Part shown: positions 13,646 through 24,071 of the stretch, in pieces
Layout: every line of letters starts with the position of its first letter
How positions within the stretch are numbered: the first letter of the stretch is position 1
Assembly: GCA_032718475.1 (NCBI GenBank)
Contig: JAUCBJ010000699.1
Span: forward strand, 62,001 to 126,000
Direction of reading: 5' to 3'
Origin: Nemertoderma westbladi
Taxonomy: Eukaryota; Animalia; Xenacoelomorpha
DNA: 64,000 bases
Made by a program: the position numbers and the translations under genes
Notes under the pieces: model-generated
Databases searched by the model: none
What the model was told of the DNA's origin: nothing
What the model saw: only the letters and a program-made list of their open reading frames with translations

Positions 13646-14245
13646 GTTATGGGTGAATGAATGGTTTCTTATTATTATTACTTTTGTTGGGCACACCTTT
13701 GCAAAGCCGGGAATGACGTCAATGAGGGATCGAGATGGTGACCTCCGGGTTGGAAGTCTGACACTCTAACCATTCAGCTAGCGGCTCAGGTAAACGGTAG
13801 ACCTGATAATACTGGTACCTTGTATGTCCGCAATTTACCTCATAATGTATAATAAATATACCGGTCGCATTTCTCTATGGGTATGACAGTCCTGTCTCAA
13901 TTAGTTGTTAGCGTGTTTAATTAATTAATCATTGTGGCCGTGATGGTTCATGGTTAATATACAATACCCTTACATTGTAGCGAGTACTGTAGAGTGTAGG
14001 CTAGGGTTGAGCACAGTAGCGGCATCAGATGATGGTATTGACAGATGGGAGGCCATGATGAGGTAAATTGCGGACATACAAGGTATCAGATGGTATTTCC
14101 AGGTCTACCTTGATCCTGATCCACTAGCTGAATGGTTAAAGCATCAGTTTTCCAACTCAGAGGTCACCAGTTCGAACCCTCCCACCTGGACGTCTTTGCC
14201 AACTTTGCAAAGTTGTGCCCAACCAAAGTTATAATGAAATAATAA
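13646..14245. mobile_element. Palindromic element with ~190-bp inverted arms, each containing an outward-facing tRNA-derived Pol III promoter
   Basis: 13670-13845 is the approximate reverse complement of 14055-14245. Arms contain an A box TAGCTGAATGG and a B-box-like motif (GTTCGAACC in the right arm). A second copy lies at 40927-41222. Confidence 0.75.
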
Positions 14246-14319
14246 TTAGAATTCATGAGGTTGGAATAGGTGGTATGTTTACATTACGTTATGTAATATA
14301 GATTCAGATTCTTTTTACA

Positions 14320-15975
14320 TCATCAACTGCAAAGACGCTGCTCACGGGGGATACGCGACCAACGTCCAAGCTCGATTTGAAGTCTATGGGAGCGGAGTCT
14401 ATAACGAGTAACGCAGTTACTCTCAAACAATCTGGAATATAACCGGCACTAGAAGAGTAAATATTACATATGACAAGGTCAGGATTGACTTATAAGTATG
14501 TAGCAAATTTCGATTTTGTTATTACGAATCTCGATTTTAATATTATTGCAACTAGTTTTAATACTGCACTCAGATTTAAGAATGGAATCTAGGTATTTAA
14601 TACACGGTGTTTTACTAGTCCTACACATATTTAAAACGAAGAATAAGGGGTCATCCTTGTTCCAAATACGAGTCTGCCGTTTAAATGATCTAATAATAGC
14701 ATCATTAATTAACGAATTTACATCAGGCAGACCTAATTCGGCAAAACATAAAAGATTAGGTGTCGTGATTCTGACATTGAGCAAAATCTTAACCAATCTA
14801 ATATACAAGTCATTTATTGGTTTTCTACTGCACGGAGAGAGCCATGTGTTACAAGAATACAGTATTGAATGTACCGACATACTGACTAACAGGGGGTTGT
14901 TATGTATATATTAACTTTAAAGTAAACACTAGTAAACATTAATTATTTTTGTCCTAGTCCTACCTCTTTCACAGCGACAAAAATGTCATATATTTTCTTA
15001 TAGAATATAGGCTTAGTTTTTGTGCAGTTTATTACCGGTATCATTTAGTTTATGGCGGGTAGGTTTTAGGGTTGGGTTTGCGATACATACCTGTATGTGG
15101 AGCATGGTATATTATATATTTTGTTTGTGTTTGTTGTTTGTGTCCTTTGAAGGCCCTAGGGGCTGAGAAGTATTTTGGGCTTAATGTCCTGATTCTATAT
15201 TTTTTTTGTAGTTTAAGGGGTGTAAGACTCTAGTGTTTACTTTAAAGTTAATATAAGAATACAGTATAATATATACAGTAATATTGCACTATGGAACACT
15301 ATTAACTTTAAGAAAAATGGCATGTTACAATTAGTGGCGCAGAAGATGTCGAATTTACGCACGTAACATCGCATATAACATACTTTTGCATGCATCTTAA
15401 TAGCTGTAGCAATTTTACCGTCCTCAGTAATAATCGCACCGAGATATACGTATAATTTTGCATTCTTAACTACTGTATCTTCGGGGCAATTTATCTCTTT
15501 CACTACCATTTATAACCATAAATTTTGTTTTACTAACATGAATAACCATGTTATGAGAAGTACAAAATTGTAACAAGATTTCTAATTTATTTTGACATTG
15601 TTCACGTGATGATGCGAAAATCGCAGTATCGTCCATAAACATAATGGCGTGAAGTGAGCTAAGGTAATCATTACTATAACATAGTTCGTTAAAAATTGTT
15701 ATCAATGCATCAATATATAACGTAAAGATAAATAAACTAGAGGGCGCACCTTGCCTTACTCCGGCCTCCATACGAATGTCGATGCAATTTAATTTCAAAA
15801 ATGTTTGACTATAAACAGCTTTAATTGCGTTAATCATATTTTTACCGCACCCAAGTGCTAATAGTTTGGTAATCAATTTAAATCTTGACACTCGGTCGAA
15901 GGCCTTAGAAAAATCGACGAAAATTATATACAATTTATGTTTATTAGTAATTGCATAGTCGATTAACATGCGTAA
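14320..15975 (-). pseudogene. Degenerate LINE (RTEX-like, tentative) RT and C-terminal region, interrupted by an insertion
   Basis: FVDFSKAFDRV, GVRQGAPSS, FMDDT, YVYLGA, LLNVRITTPN..FAELG, and SHRLQIELGRWSRIPREQRLC read on the minus strand near 14330-14400. Confidence 0.75.
14866..15254. mobile_element. 389-bp insertion with 13-bp TSD and an internal/terminal inverted repeat
   Basis: AAGAATACAGTAT at 14853-14865 and 15255-15267. ATATTAACTTTAAAGTAAACACTAG (~14908-14932) is inverted at ~15230-15254. Confidence 0.65.
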
Positions 15976-15997
15976 TACACCTACATATTGCTCCTAC

Positions 15998-16312
15998 ATA
16001 GGAGTCCATGCTGGGCTCTAATTGCGGATGATACCAAATTTCTGGATTGTACTTCTATTATATGAAAGTGTCTCATTAGTTCCCAAAGCTGGTCACTTAA
16101 AGGGAGCCGCCTCCGCTTTGCAGGACATTTCTTTCACCGTGAGGACCAGCCAATGCATAATCTTGTGATTTAGGGGCCTCATGAACTAGAATAAGCATGG
16201 TGGAGAAACCTTGACTTTCTTGAGACCCCTCTTAAAAGACACTGGCCTTGAAGATGTTGATAATCTGGCGAAACTCATGCGGGATAGGGAGCTGTGGAGT
16301 TGCAATTTTGTC
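15998..16312 (+). pseudogene. Short 3' fragment of the same RTE-like LINE family as 7072-8567
   Basis: Colinear similarity to ~8115-8495 (CGCCTCCGCTTTGCAGGACATT, GAGGACCAGCCA, ACTGGCCTTGAAGATG). Confidence 0.85.
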
Positions 16313-16569
16313 CACATTGATTATAAATTAATTACTTTGAGATTTGGAACTAAGAAATTTGGGATATGGAACTAATTAATTTGGAATTTGAACTACCGGT
16401 AACTAATTTGGGATAGAACTACCGGTAATTAAGTTGGGATTTCATTTTGGAATTATGAATATGGAATTAAATAACTGTGGATTTGGAACTTGGGGTGTCG
16501 AATTAATTAAGGATATTATTATTTTTTGCCTCAAATAATATCGATTACATCACTTTACTGAACACGTTC

Positions 16570-16772
16570 GTGGGGCGTCGCGCAGCGTCTTGTTTCGAAC
16601 TTGCGCAAGTCCGAATTGATCTGGAATCAAAAGTTCGAGAGGTATTTGCCCGAAACTTTCAAAAATATTTCATTACAGACGGACAGCCAGACAGACGGAC
16701 ATGAAATTTTGCCAAATTTACTAATTATAATTGTGATCTAAGGTTTGCCCTGACTGCGTGGCTCGCCCCACA
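16570..16772. mobile_element. Small Helentron/HINE-like element
   Basis: Inverted subterminal motifs GTGGGGCG..CGCAG and CTGCGTGGCTCGCCCCACA flank an (ACAG/ACGG)n microsatellite. Confidence 0.5.
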
Positions 16773-16913
16773 GTATCAAACCACACAGGTCGTATTATAT
16801 TATTAATATAATTATTAATTAATATTAAATAAAAAATTATTAATATATTATATAAAAATATTATATAAAAATAATTAATATTATCAATTAGTCGACAAAC
16901 CCTAAAATCAACG

Positions 16914-18334
16914 AGGTTGTGTGCGTCTTCCATTAACGGTGCCCATAGCCTACACCAGGTTGTGTGCGTCTTCCATTAACGGTGCCCAAAGCCTACACCA
17001 GGTTGTGTGCGTCTTCCATTAACGGTGCCCATAGCCTACACCAGGTTGTGTGCGTCTCCCATTAACGGTGCCCATAGCCTACACCAGGTTGTGTGCGTCT
17101 TCCATTAACTGTGCCCGTAGCCTACACCAGGTTGTGTGCGTCTTCCATTAACGGTGCCCGTAGCCTACACCAGGTTGTGTGCGTCTTCCATTAACGGTGC
17201 CCGTAGCCTACACCAGGTTGTGTGCGTCTTCCATTAACGGTGCCCGTAGCCTACACCAGGTTGTGTGCGTCTTCCATTAACGGTGCCCATAGCCTACACC
17301 AGGTTGTGTGCGTCTTCCATTAACGGTGCCCGTAGCCTACACCAGGTTGTGTGCGTCTTCCATTAACGGTGCCCGTAGCCTACACCAGGTTGTGTGCGTC
17401 TTCCATTAACGGTGCCCATAGCCTACACCAGGTTGTGTGCGTCTTCCATTAACGGTGCCCGTAGCCTACACCAGGTTGTGTGCGTCTTCCATTAACGGTG
17501 CCCGTAGCCTACACCAGGTTGTGTGCGTCTTCCATTAACGGTGCCCGTAGCCTACACCAGGTTGTGTGCGTCTTCCATTAACGGTGCCCGTAGCCTACAC
17601 CAGGTTGTGTGCGTCTTCCATTAACGGTGCCCGTAGCCTACACCAGGTTGTGTGCGTCTTCCATTAACGGTGCCCGTAGCCTACACCAGGTTGTGTGCGT
17701 CTTCCATTAACGGTGCCCGTAGCCTACACCAGGTTGTGTGCGTCTTCCATTAACGGTGCCCGTAGCCTACACCAGGTTGTGTGCGTCTTCCATTAACGGT
17801 GCCCGTAGCCTACACCAGGTTGTGTGCGTCTTCCATTAACGGTGCCCGTAGCCTACACCAGGTTGTGTGCGTCTTCCATTAACGGTGCCCGTAGCCTACA
17901 CCAGGTTGTGTGCGTCTTCCATTAACGGTGCCCGTAGCCTACACCAGGTTGTGTGCGTCTTCCATTAACGGTGCCCGTAGCCTACACCAGGTTGTGTGCG
18001 TCTTCCATTAACGGTGCCCGTAGCCTACACCAGGTTGTGTGCGTCTTCCATTAACGGTGCCCGTAGCCTACACCAGGTTGTGTGCGTCTTCCATTAACGG
18101 TGCCCGTAGCCTACACCAGGTTGTGTGCGTCTTCCATTAACGGTGCCCGTAGCCTACACCAGGTTGTGTGCGTCTTCCATTAACGGTGCCCGTAGCCTAC
18201 ACCAGGTTGTGTGCGTCTTCCATTAACGGTGCCCGTAGCCTACACCAGGTTGTGTGCGTCTTCCATTAACGGTGCCCGTAGCCTACACCAGGTTGTGTGC
18301 GTCTTCCATTAACGGTGCCCGTAGCCTACACCAG
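16914..18334. repeat. 43-bp tandem satellite, ~33 near-identical copies
   Basis: Unit GCCTACACCAGGTTGTGTGCGTCTTCCATTAACGGTGCCCGTA, no unique spacers. Confidence 0.97.
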
Positions 18335-19260
18335 ATTCCGTGTAGCACAGCAAGAAGGCTGTAGGTCAGTTTTCATGAATCTTCTTTAAATATACCTACA
18401 ATCTGTTCTGATTTAGTATAAAAGTACAGGACGAGGGTCAGTTATCACATACAGATTAAAATTGAGCAAGTCTATCCCAAAATCGGTATTTAAGAAACTT
18501 AAATAAATAAATAAGGAATTTAACCAAACTGCCAATAAGAATAAATCAAAGAAGAGAGGAACCCCCCTTGCTTCAACCGCACTCTTAATCTGCACCACCC
18601 CAACCCAAAGGAGCACAGAGGATTAATGAAAGGCAGAGGTATTAAGGGGTGTACCCCCCCCCCCTTAACAGGAAATTAGTGGTTAAAAGTAATATATTTT
18701 TAGAGGCAATCATTTTGCGAGATAAATAATATACCGATAATAACCGATAATAAGCAAGCTGGTTTATTAGTCACTTTACACTAGTAGTGCCTGCCTTGCC
18801 TATGTCCTATAGATGTAATTACCGTTGCCAAGTGGTGATGAGATAGATGATTGGACTGGTTCCAACTAATAGGCCATAGCTAGTATGCCAAGGAATGAGG
18901 GAGGTATAGAGTGACGAGGGCATTTTGAAGACTTAATTACGTTTAGATCAATTAAAACACATTTTCTTAAAGCAAATCACTTCAACTAATTAAAAACTAT
19001 AATGGAATAGGGTATGGGGATTACAGCTGTATAATTTTTAAGCCTAATTATTTATATCTTATACTATAAAATAATTAATTTTCATTAAAAGAAAGGCTTG
19101 AAAATGCCGTTTTTACCCTAACCAACATAATTAATTTTAATTTAATTAATTAACTGCTATTATCTTAGCTTCTCGAAGGCCACACGCAAATTCAACTTTG
19201 GATAGATTTAATCGATATTTGGCTGAGTTATTAACGTTTAAAACTGAACACGACAGAACA

Positions 19261-21497
19261 ACAGACACACCGATTGAGTTAGTGGTACCTGTATGCTAAA
19301 CTCGCTTACTTCCGTCGCTCGCTCCCACAGACACACCGATTGAGTTAGTGGTACCTGTATGCTAAGCTCGCTTACTTCCGTCGCTCGCCCCACAACAGAC
19401 ACACCGATTGAGTTAGTGGTACCTGTATGCTAAGCTCGCTTACTTCCGTCGCTCGCTCCACACTGACACACCGATTGAGTTAGTGGTACCTGTATGCTAA
19501 ACTCGCTTACTTCCGTCGCTCGCTCCACAACAGACACACCGATTGAGTTAGTGGTACCTGTATGCTAAACTCGCTTACTTCCGTCGCTCGCTCCACAACA
19601 GACACACCGATTGAGTTAGTGGTACCTGTATGCTAAACTCGCTTACTTCCATCGCTCGCCCCACAACAGACACACCGATTGAGTTAGTGGTACCTGTATG
19701 CTAAACTCGCTTACTTCCGTCGCTCGCTCCACAACAGACACACCGATTGAGTTAGTGGTACCTGTATGCTAAACTCGCTTACTTCCATCGCTCGCCCCAC
19801 AACAGACACACCGATTGAGTTAGTGGTACCTGTATGCTAAACTCGCTTACTTCCGTCGCTCGCTCCACAACAGACACACCGATTGAGTTAGTGGTACCTG
19901 TATGCTAAGCTCGCTTACTTTCGTCGCTCGCCCAACAACAGACACACCAATTGAGTTAGTGGTACCTGTATGCTAAACTCGCTTACTTCCGTCGCTCGCT
20001 CCACAACAGACACACCGATTGAGTTAGTGGTACCTGTATGCTAAACTCGCTTACTTCCGTCGCTCGCTCCACAACAGACACACCGATTGAGTTAGTGGTA
20101 CCTGTATGCTAAACTCGCTTACTTCCGTCGCTCGCTCCACAACAGACACACCGATTGAGTTAGTGGTACCTGTATGCTAAACTCGCTTACTTCCATCGCT
20201 CGCCCCACAACAGACACACCGATTGAGTTAGTGGTACCTGTATGCTAAACTCGCTTACTTCCGTCGCTCGCTCCACAACAGACACACCGATTGAGTTAGT
20301 GGTACCTGTATGCTAAGCTCGCTTACTTCCGTCGCTCGCCCCACAACAGACACACCGATTGAGTTAGTGGTACCTGTATGCTAAACTCGCTTACTTCCGT
20401 CGCTCGCTCCACAACAGACACACCGATTGAGTTAGTGGTACCTGTATGCTAAACTCGCTTACTTCCATCGCTCGCCCCACAACAGACACACCGATTGAGT
20501 TAGTGGTACCTGTATGCTAAACTCGCTTACTTCCGTCGCTCGCTCCACAACAGACACACCGATTGAGTTAGTGGTACCTGTATGCTAAGCTCGCTTACTT
20601 TCGTCGCTCGCCCAACAACAGACACACCAATTGAGTTAGTGGTACCTGTATGCTAAACTCGCTTACTTCCGTCGCTCGCTCCACAACAGACACACCGATT
20701 GAGTTAGTGGTACCTGTATGCTAAACTCGCTTACTTCCGTCGCTCGCTCCGCAACAGACACACCGATTGAGTTAGTGGTACCTGTATGCTAAACTCGCTT
20801 ACTTCCGTCGCTCGCTCCACTGACACACCGATTGAGTTAGTGGTATCTGTATGCTAAGCTCGCTTACTTTCGTCGCTCGCCCAACAACAGACACACCAAT
20901 TGAGTTAGTGGTACCTGTATGCTAAACTCGCTTACTTTCGTCGCTCGCTCCACAACAGACACACCGATTGAGTTAGTGGTACCTGTATGCTAAGCTCGCT
21001 TACTTCCGTCGCTCGCCCACAACAGACACACCGATTGAGTTAGTGGTACCTGTATGCTAAACTCGCTTACTTTCGTCGCTCGCTCCACAACAGACACACC
21101 GATTGAGTTAGTGGTACCTGTATGCTAAGCTCGCTTACTTTCGTCGCTCGCCCAACAACAGACACACCGATTGAGTTAGTGGTACCTGTATGCTAAACTC
21201 GCTTACTTTCGTCCCTCGCCCAACAACAGACACACCGATTGAGTTAGTGGTACCTGTATGCTAAACTCGCTTACTTTCGTCGCTCGCTCCACAACAGACA
21301 CACCGATTGAGTTAGTGGTACCTGTATGCTAAACTCGCTTACTTCCGTCGCTCGCCCCACAACAGACACACCGATTGAGTTAGTGGTACCTGTATGCTAA
21401 ACTCGCTTACTTTCGTCGCTCGCCCCACAACAGACACACCGATTGAGTTAGTGGTACCTGTATGCTAAGCTCGCTTACTTCCGTCGCTCGCCCCGCA
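19261..21497. repeat. 68-bp tandem satellite, ~33 copies
   Basis: Unit ACAGACACACCGATTGAGTTAGTGGTACCTGTATGCTAAACTCGCTTACTTCCGTCGCTCGCTCCACA. Confidence 0.97.
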
Positions 21498-21530
21498 ATG
21501 AATCGTATCTGTAGCGGTAGATTTATTTAA

Positions 21531-22121
21531 GGTGGTTCGACACGTAAAATTTTTTCCTAATTATTTTCTGGAAACATTCCCATTAGATTCAAAATTCGTG
21601 GTAAAATCCAAGAAATATGTAATATTTGAAAATTATAATTATAATATTCGAAATTCTGTATAAGGGTCTAACATTTCATGGCCAATGGATTTACAGATCT
21701 CGAGAAAAAGGATGAAAAGGATGAAATTACCTCCGCGATAATCGCGAAAGGAGTAAACGGAGCTGAAAGTCAAATCTCTTCTATAAAAGGTTCCTTATTA
21801 GTGCTTTTAAGTTTTGGAAGATTATGAATAAGTTGATGTGAGTTGGATTTTCGGAATCTACATAAAATTCTGCTCCAGTGGGGGAAGTCTGGGAAAAAAA
21901 TTTCAAAATAAATACATTTCAGAAATTGAGCCAAATTTTGAAAATTGGCGCACCGCTTTGAAAAATTTCACCGAAAAATGCTTATAACCTTTGCTTGACA
22001 TTCAAGTCATGGGAGTTTGGGTTTTGGAATGTACATAGAATTTTGAATCTAATAGGATGGAATCCAGAAAATATTTAACATGTTTTTTTGTGTTGTATTT
22101 ATGTTTAACATTTTTTTCACC
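21531..22121. mobile_element. Non-autonomous Kolobok-like DNA transposon
   Basis: TTAA flanks at 21527-21530 and 22122-22125, GGTG...CACC termini, and subterminal inverted block ATTAGATTCAAAATTC / GAATTTTGAATCTAAT. Confidence 0.6.
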
Positions 22122-22470
22122 TTAATAATACCTTCAACGTGAATATTGCTTCAAATTTCCTATAAAATGTCGGGAGACATACTAAATGGCGTTTGGGGTA
22201 CATTTTTTTTTAGATAACATGATTGCGATATTCGTTTATGCTACAATATTCGTTGCTCTCTGAAACTTAAAAGTATTTGTACTGCGATCTTGTAAAGTAT
22301 TAGATTACACATGATGAAGTATCATAATAATTAATAACTTCGTAAAACCTAAAATGATAATTATTATTGGAAGAAACTAAATAATTGATAATAAATGACA
22401 GATAAAAAACACCAGTCACTTTGTATATTTAAGCAATTTTTAGAACTACAGTGAGGGTTGTGGATTACTT

Positions 22471-23166
22471 CTACATTCTTGGTAGCACTGGTATATCAGA
22501 CAGATTGTGTTCTACTAAAACCCGCCGTCTTAGCCTTTCCATTCCGTTGTCGTACGCAGTTTGTCTTTCCACAGTGAACCGAAACTTGTCCAAACTTTTA
22601 ACGTAAACATCGTAAACTAAAACTCTTATTTTCTGCGCTTTGTGCAGATCCCGAATTCTATTTAACTTTTTTCGTTTAATAAACTTTGTGCGTTTTAGTT
22701 TTCGTTTCTTCTGACGCATAACTGTTATTTTTCGTCCGGGATACATTTTGATTCCACGGAAATGATTGAGCAGAATTTGTTTGGGGGTTTCTGATGAAGT
22801 AGAACCCAAACACGGCAACAACACGGAGTTGTTTATCCGGCAACGGAGACTAAGACTGGATGATAAACCGCCACTCATATAAATACTCGTACCGGTAAAA
22901 TAAGAGGAATAAGAAGATATCAGAGGTTTCGTAAACTTCTGTAAATCTATTACATTTTCCTTTGGTAGGCCTATGCCATTTAGGAATACTCGAGTCCTGA
23001 GGTTTGTGAGTCTGAAAGAGTTTGAACAAGTCGACAATGTCGGCGAAGGATCTATTGTTAACCGCGGAGATTTCTGGACTCGCGGAAATATAAGTGAGTT
23101 ACCTGTAGTTGGCCGTTTCTGAAAACATTCGCCAAGGAACAACCGAATACTTGGAAAGATTGGCAT
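22471..23166 (-). CDS. Basic 231-aa protein, tentatively mitochondrial ribosomal protein mS38 (AURKAIP1/Cox24, DUF1713-like)
   Basis: ATG-initiated ORF with an R/S/L-rich, acid-poor N-terminus resembling a presequence. TVMRQKKRKLKRTKFIKRKK resembles the Cox24/mS38 motif [20 protein letters not shown] as recalled from memory. Confidence 0.5.
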   Translation of the reverse strand: MPIFPSIRLFLGECFQKRPTTGNSLIFPRVQKSPRLTIDPSPTLSTCSNSFRLTNLRTRVFLNGIGLPKENVIDLQKFTKPLISSYSSYFTGTSIYMSGGLSSSLSLRCRINNSVLLPCLGSTSSETPKQILLNHFRGIKMYPGRKITVMRQKKRKLKRTKFIKRKKLNRIRDLHKAQKIRVLVYDVYVKSLDKFRFTVERQTAYDNGMERLRRRVLVEHNLSDIPVLPRM

Positions 23167-23617
23167 GTTGCGTTACAGACATACAGCAGTACAGAGCGAC
23201 GTCGAATTGGAAGGCATGTGCTGAACTCGAACAGTTAGCCAGGTTGCAGGGTTGGATGGTTGGAGTTGGAGGGAGAGGAGGGTTAAGTGACGCAATTGGG
23301 TTAATAGATTTAGGTAGGCCTACCGTAGTTATACCGGTACTGTCTGACTGTTTATTTAACTCTTAACTGTTATAGGTTGATGGCAGAACAGCAGAATACA
23401 GGAATAAAGCAGTAAAGTAAACTGCTGTTATGTTTAAGGTATCTTTGGCCGTGTACAGTTGTATCGTATGGTAGATCTACCTACTGGTACCGGCACCGGA
23501 ACCTATTAATGTCAGAATGTTACTCAAACAGTTATTATACAGTTATATAGACAGATGGTATGGGGGGGGGGGGGGGGGGGTGAGGGGGGTAAACTCTACG
23601 CTGCTACGCCTAATCCT

Positions 23618-23855
23618 AATACTGGGTTATCGTTCATATGCGTACCGATGGTGTTACAGTGGTGGTGTTTTCTAACCAAAACAATAAACTAATCTCCATT
23701 ACTTAATTAACGGAAAAGGAGCAGGTTACAGTGGTGGGCTTTTCTAACCAAAACAATAAACATTATCTCAATAACAGGGCATTTCATACTTATAGTCTTA
23801 TTTTTGCAATACGAAAATACCATCGGTACGGATATGAACTATAACTTAATACTGT
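23618..23855. mobile_element. Small MITE-like element
   Basis: Inverted pair GTTCATATGCGTACCGATGGT / ACCATCGGTACGGATATGAAC. Confidence 0.6.
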
Positions 23856-24071
23856 AATACCTGAATCTGAATAGGCCTACTCGCCTACCTGCCTTGCCTA
23901 CTGTTGTACTGTATGCATGCAGATATGTGAATACACACCACACGACACACACCTACCTACCACGCTACCAGGACCAGCACCAGCCAGCCAGCACCAGGTT
24001 AGGTTACCACCCTACGCCTACACACACATGCGAGACGCGACACGCCTATTGCTTACATCCTGCATCCAGAC

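Noticed and set aside
16914-21497. 43-bp and 68-bp arrays as CRISPR arrays
   Set aside because: Units are head-to-tail with no unique spacers, there are no cas genes, and the context is eukaryotic.
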